From the NCBI GenBank assembly GCA_964016885.1, contig CAXHJY010000935.1, positions 1 through 64,000 of the forward strand: a stretch of DNA of 64,000 bases, given 5' to 3'. Numbering within the stretch: position 1 is the first letter of the stretch; every line of letters begins with the position of its first letter. Positions 1 through 13,147 of this stretch are shown here, piece after piece. The notes beneath the pieces are model-generated. The model ran no database searches, was not told the origin of the DNA, and saw nothing but the letters and a program-made list of their open reading frames with translations. Position numbers and translations under genes: made by a program. The DNA comes from Eledone cirrhosa (Eukaryota).

Positions 1-925
1 ATAGATCACAGACACCCACACACATATATACACACACTCACATACATATATACACACCACCACCAGCTCTCTCTCTCTCTTCCATTCTCCTTCTCTGTCT
101 CCTTTCCTTCTCTCTATGTCTCTCTTCAATCTACTCTCTCACAACCACTACCCCCCCCCCTCTCTCTGTTTATGAAGGTACCCGGAAAAAACCCATATCT
201 CGGGAACCTGTGGTCTGATTCATGTGAAACTTGTTTTATTCCATTTGTATTCCCATTTCAGGGTCAACTTCCTTTCAAAGTATTTTCCCATTATGTGCCC
301 TTTTGGCTGTATTACATTACAGACAAGCAAGCAAGCAATCAGAGTTTCAGTAGTATATAGATAGATTATCTGGCACATGATATTCTTCTCTTGATTGAAT
401 ATAAGTGAGATATATATTTTAAGATGATTTGCTTGGAAAATTATCCCTTTATATTTTCAGTGAACTAGAATTAACCATTTTCTATGTAATGAATAGAAGA
501 AATGTATAGTCAATATTTCATTAATCTCAGTCGTATCTTTATCACATTAAAATATCTTATATAATTAATTGACCTTTACTACACATTTCCATTAACTATA
601 TGTCGGGAAACCTCTAAGTAGTTGCTCTACCTGTTAAAAATAGTAGCTAAATCTTTTACAAATGGCTCCCCACTGCCCCCCATCACCACCTTAAAAAGAG
701 ACACATATTAGACAATAATAGGCAGACTAAATGGTTATGGTTAAAATACTTTTAATTTTAACTCTGTACAATCAGAGCTGACCTGGGGCCGATCATCATC
801 AAAATTTATTTATTCTTCTTTCATCTTCTGTTTCTATTTCATTTCATGTATAAAGTAAATTTAATGGATATTAAACCTTTTAAAATAGACAAAGGAAAAG
901 ATACTTTACATTTCTGCTTTTTCAG

Positions 926-1048
926 GTGCGAAATGTTGGAGTTTTCAGTTGTGGACCTCATGGAATAACAAAAAGTGTTGAAAAAGCTTGTACTGAAGCG
1001 GGCAAAACAACAAAAGCACTTTTCAAACATCATTATGAAAATTTTTAG
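926..1048 (+). CDS. DUOX: Terminal coding exon of a dual oxidase (NOX/DUOX family NADPH-binding C-terminus); upstream exons lie outside the window
   Basis: Pyrimidine tract and ttcag acceptor (921-925), then [47 protein letters not shown]...HHYENF* is the characteristic DUOX C-terminus. AATAAA at 1189 and 1223. Confidence 0.88.
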   Translation: MRNVGVFSCGPHGITKSVEKACTEAGKTTKALFKHHYENF

Positions 1049-1550
1049 TACCACTCATATTTTTCAGTTTCAAATCTCTTTGTACAATATTGTGGATTTA
1101 CAAGACTTTAACACTATTCAATGATTCCTTCATTGATACAGGAACTGATGACTTTTTTTTTTTTTTAATTTGTTTAATGCTTCACAGAAATAAAATCTGA
1201 TTCACTTGTTCTGTGTATATAAAATAAACTATTCAATGTAAAGGTTAAATACTGGAAATGTTTAACTTTCGGTACATAAAACTTTAAAAATTGGGTATTT
1301 TATATATAAATTGTAAATCTATAAGGATGGCAGCAATAAACACAATCTTTTTAATGAGAGCTTTCAGGAGTTAGATCAATTTTACTATTTTTTTTCTTTT
1401 GTTACTCAATATTGCAAATTCCTTTACTTGCTGAAATCCTTTCAAAATCATTATCTTTATTATTTGTTGAAGTTCACATTTAAAAATGTCATTTTATTTT
1501 TATGTCAATAAAAATTTCTGAATATAAAATTTTTACTTATTTATTTTGAT

Positions 1551-1760
1551 TTAACCCTTTAGCATTTACATTGCTCTATATATAATATTTTATTTTCACG
1601 GTAAACACTTTATTTCACATAATTTTCTCAAATAATATCGAAACTATGAGATTTTGATATTACCTATTTTGAGAACAATACCTTAACAGCAGCCAGTTAT
1701 GGCCAGTTTGAACAGAAAGAGGTGAGAGAATTCTGGCCGGATTTAGTCGGTTTAAATGCT
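1551..1760. mobile_element. piggyBac-like MITE, right end truncated
   Basis: Starts TTAA-CCCTTTAGCATTTA. Body matches the complete copies at 47731-47959 and 63793-63993 but stops at TTTAAATGCT without AAAGGGTTAA. Confidence 0.7.
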
Positions 1761-1949
1761 TCTTTGTCATCATTATCATTGCTGTCACTGCATCTTTTTC
1801 TTCTTCCCCCCTCCATTGGGGTTGGGCACTTTTTCTCATTTCACCTTCACAACACACTTTACAGTGTGTGTTGGAGATTGAGGGGTCGGGGAGGTAGATC
1901 TAGTGGCATGTGAGGAGGCTGTTTGGTAGTGGGAGGAGTGTTAGGATAC

Positions 1950-2718
1950 ACTTGTGTGCAGCAGCGCGAAAACGCCTGTGGTGCGATGGCGAAGGTTAAA
2001 AACGACGATGTGACGAATGCGAGCGATTCCGCGATCGTTGTCAGTGAGATTGTGCTCTTGAGGCGCGTAAAGGTTGTACCTCTTCTGTCAACTCCAGCAT
2101 GGCCTTCAACGTAGCCTCAGTGGGCGATGTAACATCCGAAGATACCGATACGACTGGTGAAGATGAAGAATTTGCAGGACGAACATCGCCTGCGAAGGTA
2201 GGCAAAGAGTTACTCCCCATGGCTATAATTTTGTAAGGGTTGCTTCCCTTGGCGAAAAGGAAAATGAACGTCTTTCTTTGTTTTTCTAAAAATACACCGA
2301 TTTGTGTGTGAGAGAGGGGGAGAGAGAATTAGTTACTCAAGGTCTGTAAGTCTGGAGCGCACACTCACTGCGCATGCTCAAGCAAATCAAAAGCGCGGGT
2401 ACAGACGAACAATGAAGATGAGTCTTCTGTCCCGAAAGCGCGGGGAAAAGACGATGGAGGAGAAACGGCCATCTTGAATTTGGCTCCAATGTGTGAAAAA
2501 TGTTCGTTCGGGTCACCATTTATAACGGAAGGAGTGAAGTTTGCATATTTATACTTTTCAGTTATTTTGGAAGAGTTGAGATATTTAACAATACTTGTTA
2601 TATCACATATAAGAGTACAATCTAATCATTGTAAAATAAGGCTTCGAGGAAATACCTTTATCAGGAGTTATCATACATTTTCACTGGTATATAATTGTTG
2701 TCTCGTGGGAAGGTTACA
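1950..2718 (-). mobile_element. Degenerate Gypsy LTR retrotransposon relic: 5' LTR (2521-2718), PBS, leader and gag C-terminal fragment
   Basis: LTR-like termini on +: TATAAC (degenerate TGTAAC) at 2521 and GTTACA at 2713-2718. Minus-strand PBS TGGTGACCCGA at 2518-2508. Minus frame from about 2220 reads MGSNSLPTF...LTEEVQPLRASR..*QRSRNRSHS..*PSPSHHRRFRAAAHKC, an RS-rich linker plus the HxRFxxxAxxC part of the gag zinc motif, with stops. Confidence 0.65.
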
Positions 2719-3091
2719 ACGTAATGTCATGATGATTCTTCCTTAATACATGCAACAAGCAGTCTTCTGATACTAATATACAAATAATTATGCCTTCGAC
2801 ACTCAATATCGTTATATAAACATTTTATTGCTCTGTAGGCTTTTTGTATGAGCATACATGAGGATATTAAATTCAAAGCAAATGCTGTACATTAACTGAC
2901 CGTCTATTTGATAAGTTAGCCAGGGCTAATTTTTTATCTGAACAAACTCAAGCTTTAATTTTATAACTGTATTTGCTGATTGTTTATTTGGGTTCACACC
3001 ATCCTTTTGCAAATCTAACCATCAGATCTAATTAGCAGATCCCCCAACAATCTAACCATTCAAATCTAATTAACAGATCCCAAAAACCAAA

Positions 3092-4663
3092 ATGAAACGC
3101 ATTCAGTTAAGTGGGGCACAAAAATGAAAACTTTCAAACAAGAAACAAGAAAAGGCTTCGGAATTAGATCGCAAGACAGCAAAGCTGACTAATTTTTTCT
3201 CACAAGTTCCACAACATGATTTACAGATTCCAGGTCAAAACCGATATACGTTATCAGAAGTAGACATGAATACGGCAAATACAACTTTGATTACTTCAGA
3301 ATTAAAATATGATGACATTAGAAGTACCGAGATGTCGCAAGCATGCTCATCCAGCACATGTCTCACAACTGATCTTACTTTGCCTGTGAATTCTCTTTAT
3401 TCGGATACCTCTACTGCAAATGATGATAGGGCTCAAATAATTGCTGAAAATAGAAGTTTAGAGCACTGTGACAATGGCGGTGAAATTAATTTGCCTGTAA
3501 AAAATGAAGAAAATTACAATTTAGCGAACGATCCAGGAATGTGGCTTGATTTCTCTGCTAATGATATAACTTATTGGATTACTTGTGAACCCAGTATTTA
3601 TCAACACCACAACGGGCCATTTGAAAAGTCTTGCCGTCATTTTAGTAGTGGCAAACCAGTAAGGTATTGCTCACAGAAACTTTTTATTGGGACAAAAGCC
3701 AATGGTGAAAAATACAAGAGAGAGTGGTTCCTCTATTCACCATCAAGAGGATCAGTTTATTGTTTTGTTTGTAAACTGTTTGCTCGTGAAAAAAATTCAA
3801 TGTTTGTTTCAAGAGAAGGGTTCAGTGATTGGCGCAATACTATTGTAATTGAAAAGCATGAGAAAAGCATTATTCACCGAGACTCTTTGCTGGCATATTT
3901 AACTCGCAGGCAAGGTGCGGGGTTAACGTCAGATTTGGAGAAACAAATTCATGAAGAGTGCAATTACTGGGAACACGTTTTGAGGCGTGTCGTAGCTGTT
4001 ATTTGTACGTTAGCTGAACGTGACTTGCCTTTTCGAGGAAGTGAAGAGAAGTTTGGATCGTTGCAAAATGGGAATTTTTTAGGGCTGCTTGAACTCATAA
4101 GCTAGTTTGATCCATTTTAACAGCAGGCCACATTTCTAAATATGGAAATTCTGGAAAAGGAAATCCTTCTTACATGTCAAAAACCACTATCGAAGAAATT
4201 ATTCAAATAATGGCACAAAAGGTCCGTGAGTTCATTATTAACGAAGTTAAATCTTCTGGTTATTTTAGTTTGTCCGTTGATTCAACACCAGATTTATCAC
4301 ATAGCGATCAATTGAGTGTTGTACTTAGGTATTTACAAGATGGACAGCCTATTGAACGATTTTTAACCTTCATCATAATAGAAAACCACACTGGCGAGAA
4401 TATGGCGAACCATGTGCTGCTACATTTACGTGAAGCTTGTGGGTTAAATGTTTCAAAATGTAGGGGTCAGACTTATGACAATGCTGCTAACGTGTCTGGG
4501 CGTTATAAGGGCACGCAGCAAAACATTTTAGAAACAAACAAGTTTGCTATATATGTGCCCTGTGCAGCTCATTCAATAAATCTTGTTGGCCGGAGTGCCA
4601 TAATTTTTTTTCCGCTTCCACTAACCGTTGGAAAATTCTCAAAGATTGTATTAAGAATGAATG
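3092..4663 (+). pseudogene. hAT (ZMYM1/DUF4371-like) transposase pseudogene, N-terminal part
   Basis: MKRIQLSGAQK* start at 3092 in frame with ORF 3266-4105 (WFLYSPSRGSVYCFVCKLF...GFSDW...HEKS..H TTF-type zinc finger; LAERDLPFRG...NGNFLGLLELI) and ORF 4174-4668 (FSLSVDSTPD...DQLSVVLRY, RGQTYDNAANVSG, CAAHSINL). Stops and frameshifts present; cut by the Gypsy insertion. Confidence 0.9.
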
Positions 4664-5169
4664 TGTAGCGGCCCCTTACGGCTGTGACTCAGCACGTATA
4701 GGAGTTGCGTCCCTTTACGACGGTCGTAACTCAGCAAGTATAGGAGTTACGTCCCTTTGCGACGGACGCGACTCCCATTGGCAGATTCATGTACTAAATG
4801 GAGTTGCGTCCCTCTGGGGACTATATATATTAGGACAATCAAGGCATAAACCTCTCTCACATCCTGAACTTCGAAGGGACAAGAACACCTGAGATCTTAG
4901 CAAGAGATGACTCCTGTCTCACTTCCTTCGCCCGCAAGAAGAAGAATACCGGCAGCCTAAAGAAATACTTGAACATCTCCAAGAGAAGATTTCTGTTCTT
5001 CTCTACACACTCCAGTCTGGGAGTTGTGACCAACTGAACATCTACATGTGGTAACAATTATTTATATTAATTTATTTGACTTCTGTGAAGTAAAACCATG
5101 TCACAACACTCACCTGCATTTATTGTCATTCTTGATAATATATATACACACTGATACTAATATTCGAAA
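4664..5169 (+). repeat. 5' LTR of the Gypsy element
   Basis: TGTAGCGG start. Matches 9528-10019 at offset 4864 with about 10 substitutions and one 14-nt indel (CACACTGATACTAA), counted by eye. Confidence 0.93.
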
Positions 5170-5182
5170 TTGGTGACCTGAG

Positions 5183-5224
<42 letters not shown>

Positions 5225-5589
5225 ATAGTACCATGCGTTTATAAAAAAAAAAAAAAGAGAGAAAAAAAACATTTAATACAGAACAACACACTTGATTCTG
5301 ATATGGCTGTATTGACCGATCTAAACATATTTCTCTGTAACATTTAACATCAAACTCTTCATATGTGCAAAACGAACACCCAAAGTTATTTAGACACAAA
5401 TAAACAGCAATTGTATGAATGTTTTTTGCTTTTTTTTCTCCTTTTCTTCTTTTCTCTGGCTAAAAATTTTGAAGATGACAAGATGGCGGCTATCTTCTCC
5501 ATCAATAGTGTTTGTCGCGCGAAATAGTCCGCCATGTTGGTTTTAGTTTCAAATTCCCTGCCTATACCTTATTAATGACATCGCTCGGT

Positions 5590-5813
5590 GGGGCGGTGAA
5601 TTGGCAGTATCGGTAGAGGGTTGGACGCCATGCTTTCTAGCATAGTTACGTCCCTTTACGGTCTGAGTTCAAATCCCGCCGAGGTTAACTTTGCCTTTCA
5701 TCCTTACGGGGTCGATAAAATAAAGTACCAGTAATGTAATTGCTGGCCTTGTGCCAAAAGTAGAAACAATTATTTTCTGGGTAATTGGTGGCCTTGTGCC
5801 TAAAGTAGAAACA
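5590..5813 (+). mobile_element. tRNA-derived SINE (dominant family in the window) inserted in the Gypsy leader
   Basis: A-box-like TGGCAGTATCGGTAG, B-box GAGTTCAAATCCC, duplicated 3' tail, 19-bp TSD ATTAATGACATCGCTCGGT at 5571-5589 and 5814-5832. Confidence 0.9.
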
Positions 5814-6000
5814 ATTAATGACATCGCTCGGTTAGTCGCTACTTTGCATATTGTCTCGGATGCATTCTTTTTCCTGTCCAGTTGTTTGACAGAGAAAAAT
5901 AAGCCATTTTGTTTTCCTTTTCTGTTGTGTTGGAGACATTTTTCCAAACGGAGACGATTTTTTTGGGGGGGGGGGGGGGCAGATTACCTACGGTATAACA

Positions 6001-9000
6001 ATGGCATCTCATTCAGCTATTATGGCGATGCAAGAGTCCATTCAGAAACTCACCCTGGAGCTCCAGAAGATGAAGGTCTGGTGTGGTGCCCGTTCGCGCC
6101 CGCGCAGCTGCGGGGGATCTCAATCTTTTAGACGCCGTCCAAAGTCACCAGTTTCATCTTTATGCTGGTACCATGAGCGAGTTGCCGAGAGCGCGAACCA
6201 CTGCGTGCAACCTTGCTCGTTTCATAAGGCGGGAAACGCCAGAGAGGTCCGCTGACGGGAGCAGTTGACCTCAACATAAAGCCACCAAACCGCCATTTCT
6301 TCATTAAGGACCTTATGTCGGGAAGAAGTTTCCTCGTGGATACAGGAGCCTCCTGTAGTATTTGGCCGGTCCATTGCCTGAAAGATACCCCGTAGAGTCA
6401 TCCGTTACTCTGCAGGCAGTTAATCACTCGTCTATAAAGACGTACGGGCAAATCTCGCTTCCTCTCAAATTCCTAAATCTTCGTAGGGATTTTAAGTGGA
6501 TTTTTATGGTTGCCGATTTGCCATACCCTATCTTAGGAGCGGATTTCCTCCACAACTTCTCTTTGACTATGGATGTCATCCACCAGGCGTTGGCCACGCC
6601 TGGTGGATGACATCACCGGTTTTTCAATTCGTGGCCGGAAAGCCAATGCTCCAACAGTCAGCCCCATATTCTTCATCGCTGCCGCTGGAGACGCCTACCA
6701 TTCGTTGTTATGCTCTTTCCCGGAGCTCACCGATGGAAATTGAGCCAACACACTAAATTGAACATTTCATTTCCATCACCGGTGCTCCAGTGTTTTCGCG
6801 TCTACGCCGCTTACCGGCGGATAAATTAAAGGCAGCACGGTCCGAGTTCGACCATATGCTGCAGCTGGGCATTATACGCCCATCTACGAGCTCTTGGGCT
6901 TCACCTTTACACATGGTGCCCAAGACTTCCGGCGACTGGAGACACACTGGGGATTATAGAAGGTTAAATGTTATGACCGTCCCGGATAGGTATCCCATTC
7001 CCCATCTCCAGGATTTCGCATCTCCATTGCAGGAGTGTAAGATTTTCTCAAAACTAGATTTAGTGCGAGCCTACCACCAAATTCCGGTCAGGAAGGAGGA
7101 TATTCCGAAAACGGCGATTACAACTCCTTTCGGATCCTTCGAATTTTTGACCATGCCTTTCGAACTCAGGAACGCCGCTAGCACTTTTCAGCGGTTCATA
7201 GACGAAGTCACTCATGGTCTGGACTTCGTTTATGCTTACATAGACAATATTCTCATCGCTAGTTCCTCTCTGGAAGAGCATATGCGCCACATGCATCTCT
7301 TATTTCGGCTACTTCAGGATTACCGCGTTCGTGTGAATCCCGCAAAGTGTGTTTTCGGTTCCACTTCGCTAAATTTTTTAGGCCACCTCATCGACGCCGA
7401 AGGTATTAGGCCGCTCCCTCAGCGAGTTCAAGCCATACAGGATTTACCTCCGCCTACTACACTTCACCAGTTGCATCACTTCTTAGGCCTAATCAATTTC
7501 TATAGGCGTTTCGTTCCTCATTGAGCTAATTTGCTATCTTCCCTGACTGACATTTTGAAAAATAGTCGTAAGAAGAATGAGGATATTTCCTTGACACAAG
7601 GACAGCTTCAAGACTTCCAGACTGCCAAAACAGCACTCGCTAGTTCATCTTTGCTAGCCCACCCGGTACCAGAGGCCAAGCTTTCGCTTTGTGTTGATGC
7701 ATCTGATACCGCTGTGGGAGCAGTTTTACAGCAGTTCAACGCTGGAAACAAACAACCTTTGGCATTTTTCTCGAGGAAGCTGAAACCGGCAGAAACGCGT
7801 TACAGCACGTTTGGGCGGGAATAAATAGCCATATATCTGTCGGTGAAACATTTCTCTCATATTCTTGAAGGGAGAAATTTTACTATTTTAACTGACCACA
7901 AACCTCTGACCTTCGCTTTGAGGGCTAAAGCCGACAGATATTCACCCAGAGAGACAAGGCACCTGGATTACGTTTCGCAATTTACAAATGATATCCACCA
8001 CATTGCTGGCTCGCATAACATAGCTGCAGACGCATTGTTACGTTTGCCAATCAGCTCCATCTCGTCATCCCAGGAGATCAACTTAGGTCGTTTAGCTGCA
8101 GACCAACCTGCACTCCAATCGTTGGATACTCTTTCTGCCGAATTTGCGACTTGCATCTTCAAATATCTGCCCTTGTCGACCACCGACAGGAAGATTCTAT
8201 GTGATGTATCTACGGATTCACCACGACCACTTGTTCCTGAGACTCACCGTCGAATTGTGTTCCTTGCTTTGCACAACATTTCTCACCCAGGAATTTCTGC
8301 CACAGTAAAGCTTATAACGGCTAGATTTTTCTGGCCCAATATGAGGCGAGAAATTACTGTCTGGTGCCGTTCTTGCACACAGTGTCAGAGATCTAAAATC
8401 CACAGACACATCCGGACTCCACTTGATACTTTCAGTACTCCTGATGCTCGGTTTCAGCACATCCACATTGATATCGTTGGACCTTGGCCATTCAGCAGTG
8501 GATATTCGTACCTCTTGACCTGCATCGATCGTCTTTCGCGATTGGCCTGAAGCCATCCCCTTACAAGATATAACTGCCGAGACTGTAGCGCGTGTCCTGG
8601 TATCAGGGTGGATTACCCGCTTTGGGGTACCAACTACAGTCACCACAGACCGTGGAAGACATTTTCAGTCTCATCTTTTCTCTGAGCTCACAAAGATCAT
8701 TGGCGCCCAACGGATTCAGACCACAGCCTATCATCCTGCTTCAAACGGAATGGTGGAACGATTCCACCGCCAATTAAAGGCCGCTCTTCGCGCCTATCCA
8801 AACTCTCAACGTTGGAGCGAGTACCTTCCTATTGTGTTGTTAGGAATTCGGTCATCAATAAAGGAGGACCTTGGGTTCTCCCCGGCCGAATTACTGTATG
8901 GTGCTCCTCTAGCGTTGCCTGGGCAAATGTTTGCCCCTGTTGATATTGCTTTCCAGGACCTGTTTCCTACGTATCTCGTTTGCGCTCCTATTTTCAGGAC

Positions 9001-9379
9001 TTACCGCCCATGAATACTAGGAAACAAACTGTTAAAGCTGCAGTCCCGAGGGATATTGCCTCGTGGACACATGTATTCGTCAGAAACGATGCAGTTACTC
9101 CACCCCTCACACAACCGTATTCTGGACCCTACCGTGTGTTATCACGTACTGACAAACATTTCACTGTAGACATTAAGGAGTTCAGAGACAATTTCGGTGG
9201 ATAGACTAAAAAGGGCATACAATGACGCTCATATACACGAGTCACAAATACCCCAATCTTTCTCTCTTGTGCATGTACCCGCTCCTTCTGCCCCACCTTC
9301 CCCTACATACAAGACCACAACCTGTTCCGGTCGAAGAGTCCACTGGCCCAAAAAACTCTGCCAAACTGCTTTCATGTGA
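6001..9379 (+). pseudogene. Gypsy gag C-terminus and pol pseudogene (protease, RT, RNase H, integrase)
   Basis: gag CWYH..A..C..PC motif; protease FLVDTGAS near 6330; RT ([33 protein letters not shown] in place of YxDD); RNase H (DASD, TDHKPL); integrase HHCC (HNISHPG...CTQC), [25 protein letters not shown]. Several stops and frameshifts. Confidence 0.93.
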
Positions 9380-9527
9380 ACTGGCCACTGGAGCCTTATT
9401 TTCTTTTTCTCTTTATTGTATTAGCATGTACCTTTCGTAACCATTTCATGCCTGTGCTAGGAGCCCATGCTTGTGAGTTCGCTACATTTACCTTCGGGCT
9501 TTTCGCCTAGCGTCAGGAGGAGGGTAC

Positions 9528-10019
9528 TCTAGCGGCCCCTTACGGCTGTGACGCAGCACGTATAGGAGTTGCGTCCCTTTACAACGGTCGTAACTCAGCA
9601 AGTATAGGAGTTACGTCCCTTTGCGACGGACGCGACTCCCATTGGCAGATCCGTGTACTAAATGGAGTTGCGTCCCTCTGGGGACTATATATATTAGGAC
9701 AATCAAGGCATAAACCTCTCTCGCATCCTGAACTTCGAAGGGACAAGAACACCTGAGACCTTATCAAGAGATGACTCCTGTCTCACTTCCTTCGCCCGCA
9801 AGAAGAAGAATACCGGCAGCCTAAAGAAATACTTGAACATCTCCAAGAGAAGATTTCTGTTCTTCTCTACACACTCCAGTCTGGGAGTTGTGACCATCTG
9901 AACATCTACATGTGGTAACAATTATTTATATTAATTTATTTGACTTCTGTGAAGTAAAACCATGTCACAACACTCACCTGCATTTATTGTCATTCTTGAT
10001 AATATATATATATTCTAAA
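9528..10019 (+). repeat. 3' LTR of the Gypsy element
   Basis: Follows the PPT. Starts TCTAGCGG and ends CTAAA, i.e. degenerate TGTAG...CTACA termini. Confidence 0.92.
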
Positions 10020-10023
10020 AATG

Positions 10024-11277
10024 TATCTTGAAATCCCTCTCTGATACAAGATAGGAAGCATATGCTTTGTCAACAGCAGCAATCTTGAAATCGTCCCCTG
10101 AGATGTCCGAGGCATTAGAATATATAGCCGAAGATCAATCACAAAAGGGAGACGCTAGAAGAGAGGCAAATAATATTGTTGATAAGATGCAAGAGCTAGA
10201 ATTCGTTTTTATGTTGATTTTTTTTTAATGAGATTTTGCATAATTTTCACAGAGTAAGCAAAGTTCTACAAAATGAGGATGCGAACTTAAAGACATGTGC
10301 AGATCTCTATGTTGCTGACCAACTGAACACCTCACGAGATGAATTTGAAAGATATGAAAAAGAGGCCAAGGAAATTCTTCCAGATGTTGATTAAGGACAA
10401 CTGCAACTCTCAAACCTATTTTAAAAAAAGTACCCAATGACGGAGATACAGCAGAAGTTTATTTAGATGCCAGAGATAAGTTTCGTATCACCACATTTTA
10501 CATAATTGTTGACAAACTTGCAGCTGAGATGGTGCAGGAATGGAGTTTGGTGATAACCCTTCAAAGTTTTATTGTTGCAAAAAAATCAAAAACACTATAT
10601 ATATATACAAAGAAATGGCAGATAAATTTTCTTTTCTTAGTGATGTGCCAAACATAGGCACTCCATCAGCTACTAATATTGAAAGGTATTCTCAGTACTA
10701 TCAAAAGTTGATCGATGCTTATCCAGAGGACTTCAATAGTAATTTCTCAGCTGAGCTTCAGTAGTTTCATTTATATGTACGAAATAAGATGTGTAGAACA
10801 GAAAATGTAAAAACAAGATTTAATCATGCTGAACTTTATAAAATTATTGTAAAAGACAATATTGAGTGTGCCTTTCCAAATGTAGACATAGCCTTTCGTA
10901 TATTTTTAACATTAATGGTTACTAACTGCTCAGCGGAGCGTTCATTTTCACGGTTGAAATATATTAAAAATCCCTTCAGAAGAACCATGCAACAATACAG
11001 GCTGGATGCTTTATCCCTATTGTGTATAGAAGCAGATGTGTTACGCAAGATTGGTTACGAGGATCTGATCAAAGACTTTGCAAGAAAAAAAAGCAGGAAA
11101 AAGTTATTCAATAAATAAAATTATTTTCTCTCTTTCTGTATGTTTTGCTTTATTATGAAATTTCAATAAATAAAACTTTAATTTACCATATATTATTGTT
11201 TGTTTTGATCTACAAATGTATGGAGGCACCAACATTTTTTAGTGCTTAGGGCCTCTAAGGGTTTTAATCCGGCTCTG
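10024..11277 (+). pseudogene. hAT transposase C-terminal part (dimerisation domain, stop at 11118) and right terminal inverted repeat
   Basis: ILKSLSDTR*EA continuation; AFPNVDIAFRIFLTLMVTNCSAERSFSRLK hAT dimerisation motif; hAT-like terminus GTGCTTAGGGCCTCTAAGGGTTTTAATCCGGCTCTG ending at 11277. Confidence 0.88.
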
Positions 11278-11746
11278 GGTATGACTGCCTTTGTTGTGTA
11301 AAGTCATATTGCAGTGTTATGGTAGATAGGCTTTTTTAGAGGCAACCTTTACTCACCTCGTTGTAATTACATCACTGGGTTGTGAGAGTTTTCTTGGGAG
11401 CTAATAGTGCCACCCATTGCTCCATCTTCCCTAGTAGTAAACTAGTGTTTGTAAATTAACTAAAATTGATTCAATCAGTATAATTCAATAACTATGGATA
11501 ACAAGATAATATTCACACTGTTTTGCACTAACAAAACCAGTTATAAACCAGTTTTATATAGTCAGTCACGTTTATGCGTGCGTAGATCTGGCTATGCATA
11601 CAAACAGACAGACAGTGAGATAGAAAGGCAGACATATACTACAAAAACTTTCCATGCACAACCATCATGGCATGCGTTTCTCTCCATTTTTTTTTTCCGG
11701 GAGACAAGGAGATATTTTCTATGGTTACCATTACGGTAGGAACATT

Positions 11747-11826
11747 ATACCAAAGTGGGCTATTGTTGCTGGGATTGGCCTTGCTGCTGTGTCTGGTCTT
11801 CTTCTTGCCCTTGTTCGACGGAAAAG
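11747..11826 (+). CDS. FAXC: FAXC-like gene copy 1, coding exon 1 (N-terminal hydrophobic anchor); start codon uncertain
   Basis: IPKWAIVAGIGLAAVSGLLLALVRRK-R with donor AG|GTAC, phase 2. Colinear (80 nt) with 42841-42920 of copy 2 but begins ATA rather than ATG. Confidence 0.75.
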
Positions 11827-12136
11827 GTACCTTTATATAATCTTAGTACTTATAGACTGCCTACCGTGTGTGTGTGTTTGTGAAGATGTGTCTGTTCATG
11901 TATCTATGGGCACCTTTAAACCATTTGCAAAAAGCTGAGTACACGCTGATACAAACTAATTATCGATTGTGATTAAATAAATTTACATATTATCAAACTT
12001 TACTTTGGTAGGTAGTATTCATTCCCACACCTGTCGACATTACATGGATAAACGGCCTCAGCTAATATTAATCGGTAGAGCACTCTAGGCATTCGTTAAG
12101 CTTCTGGGTGTGACAATGGAGAGACATTCAATTCCT

Positions 12137-12897
<761 letters not shown>

Positions 12898-12904
12898 ATC
12901 ATCA

Positions 12905-13147
12905 TTCATCATCATTTCATTTTACGTCCACTCTTCCCTGCTTGCAAGGGTGGGACGGGAACTGATTCTGGCTTGATTTCTACAGCTGGATGCCCTTCCT
13001 AACACCAACCTCATTTACAGTGAGTGCTGGGTGCTTTTTTGCCGTGGCACCTCCACGACCACTTTGCATCTCATTTCTACAGCTGAGTAAATTGAACTCA
13101 CAACCTTTCGATTGCAATGCCAATGCTCTAACCACTAAGCCATGTGC

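Larger units (their letters stand above)
4664..10019 (+). mobile_element. Ty3/Gypsy LTR retrotransposon, near full length but defective, inserted into the hAT transposase
   Basis: Two near-identical LTRs, 4-bp TSD AATG (4660-4663 and 10020-10023), PBS TGGTGACC at 5171, polypurine tract AGGAGGAGGG before 9528, pol order PR-RT-RH-INT. Removing it restores transposase codons KNEC|ILKSLSDTR. Confidence 0.95.

Noticed and set aside
2921-2935. CAGGGCTAAT as the left TIR of the hAT element
   Set aside because: Only the first few bases match the right TIR, and the expected TSD GGTATGAC is absent.
3266-4105. ZMYM1-like ORF as a domesticated host gene
   Set aside because: Premature stops, frameshifts, an LTR insertion and a retained TIR indicate a dead transposon.
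11721-11826. Alternative hydrophobic frame MVTITVGTLYQSGLLLLGLALLLCLVFFLPLFDGK as the start of copy 1
   Set aside because: Wrong phase for exon 2 (stops after about 7 codons) and does not align with copy 2.
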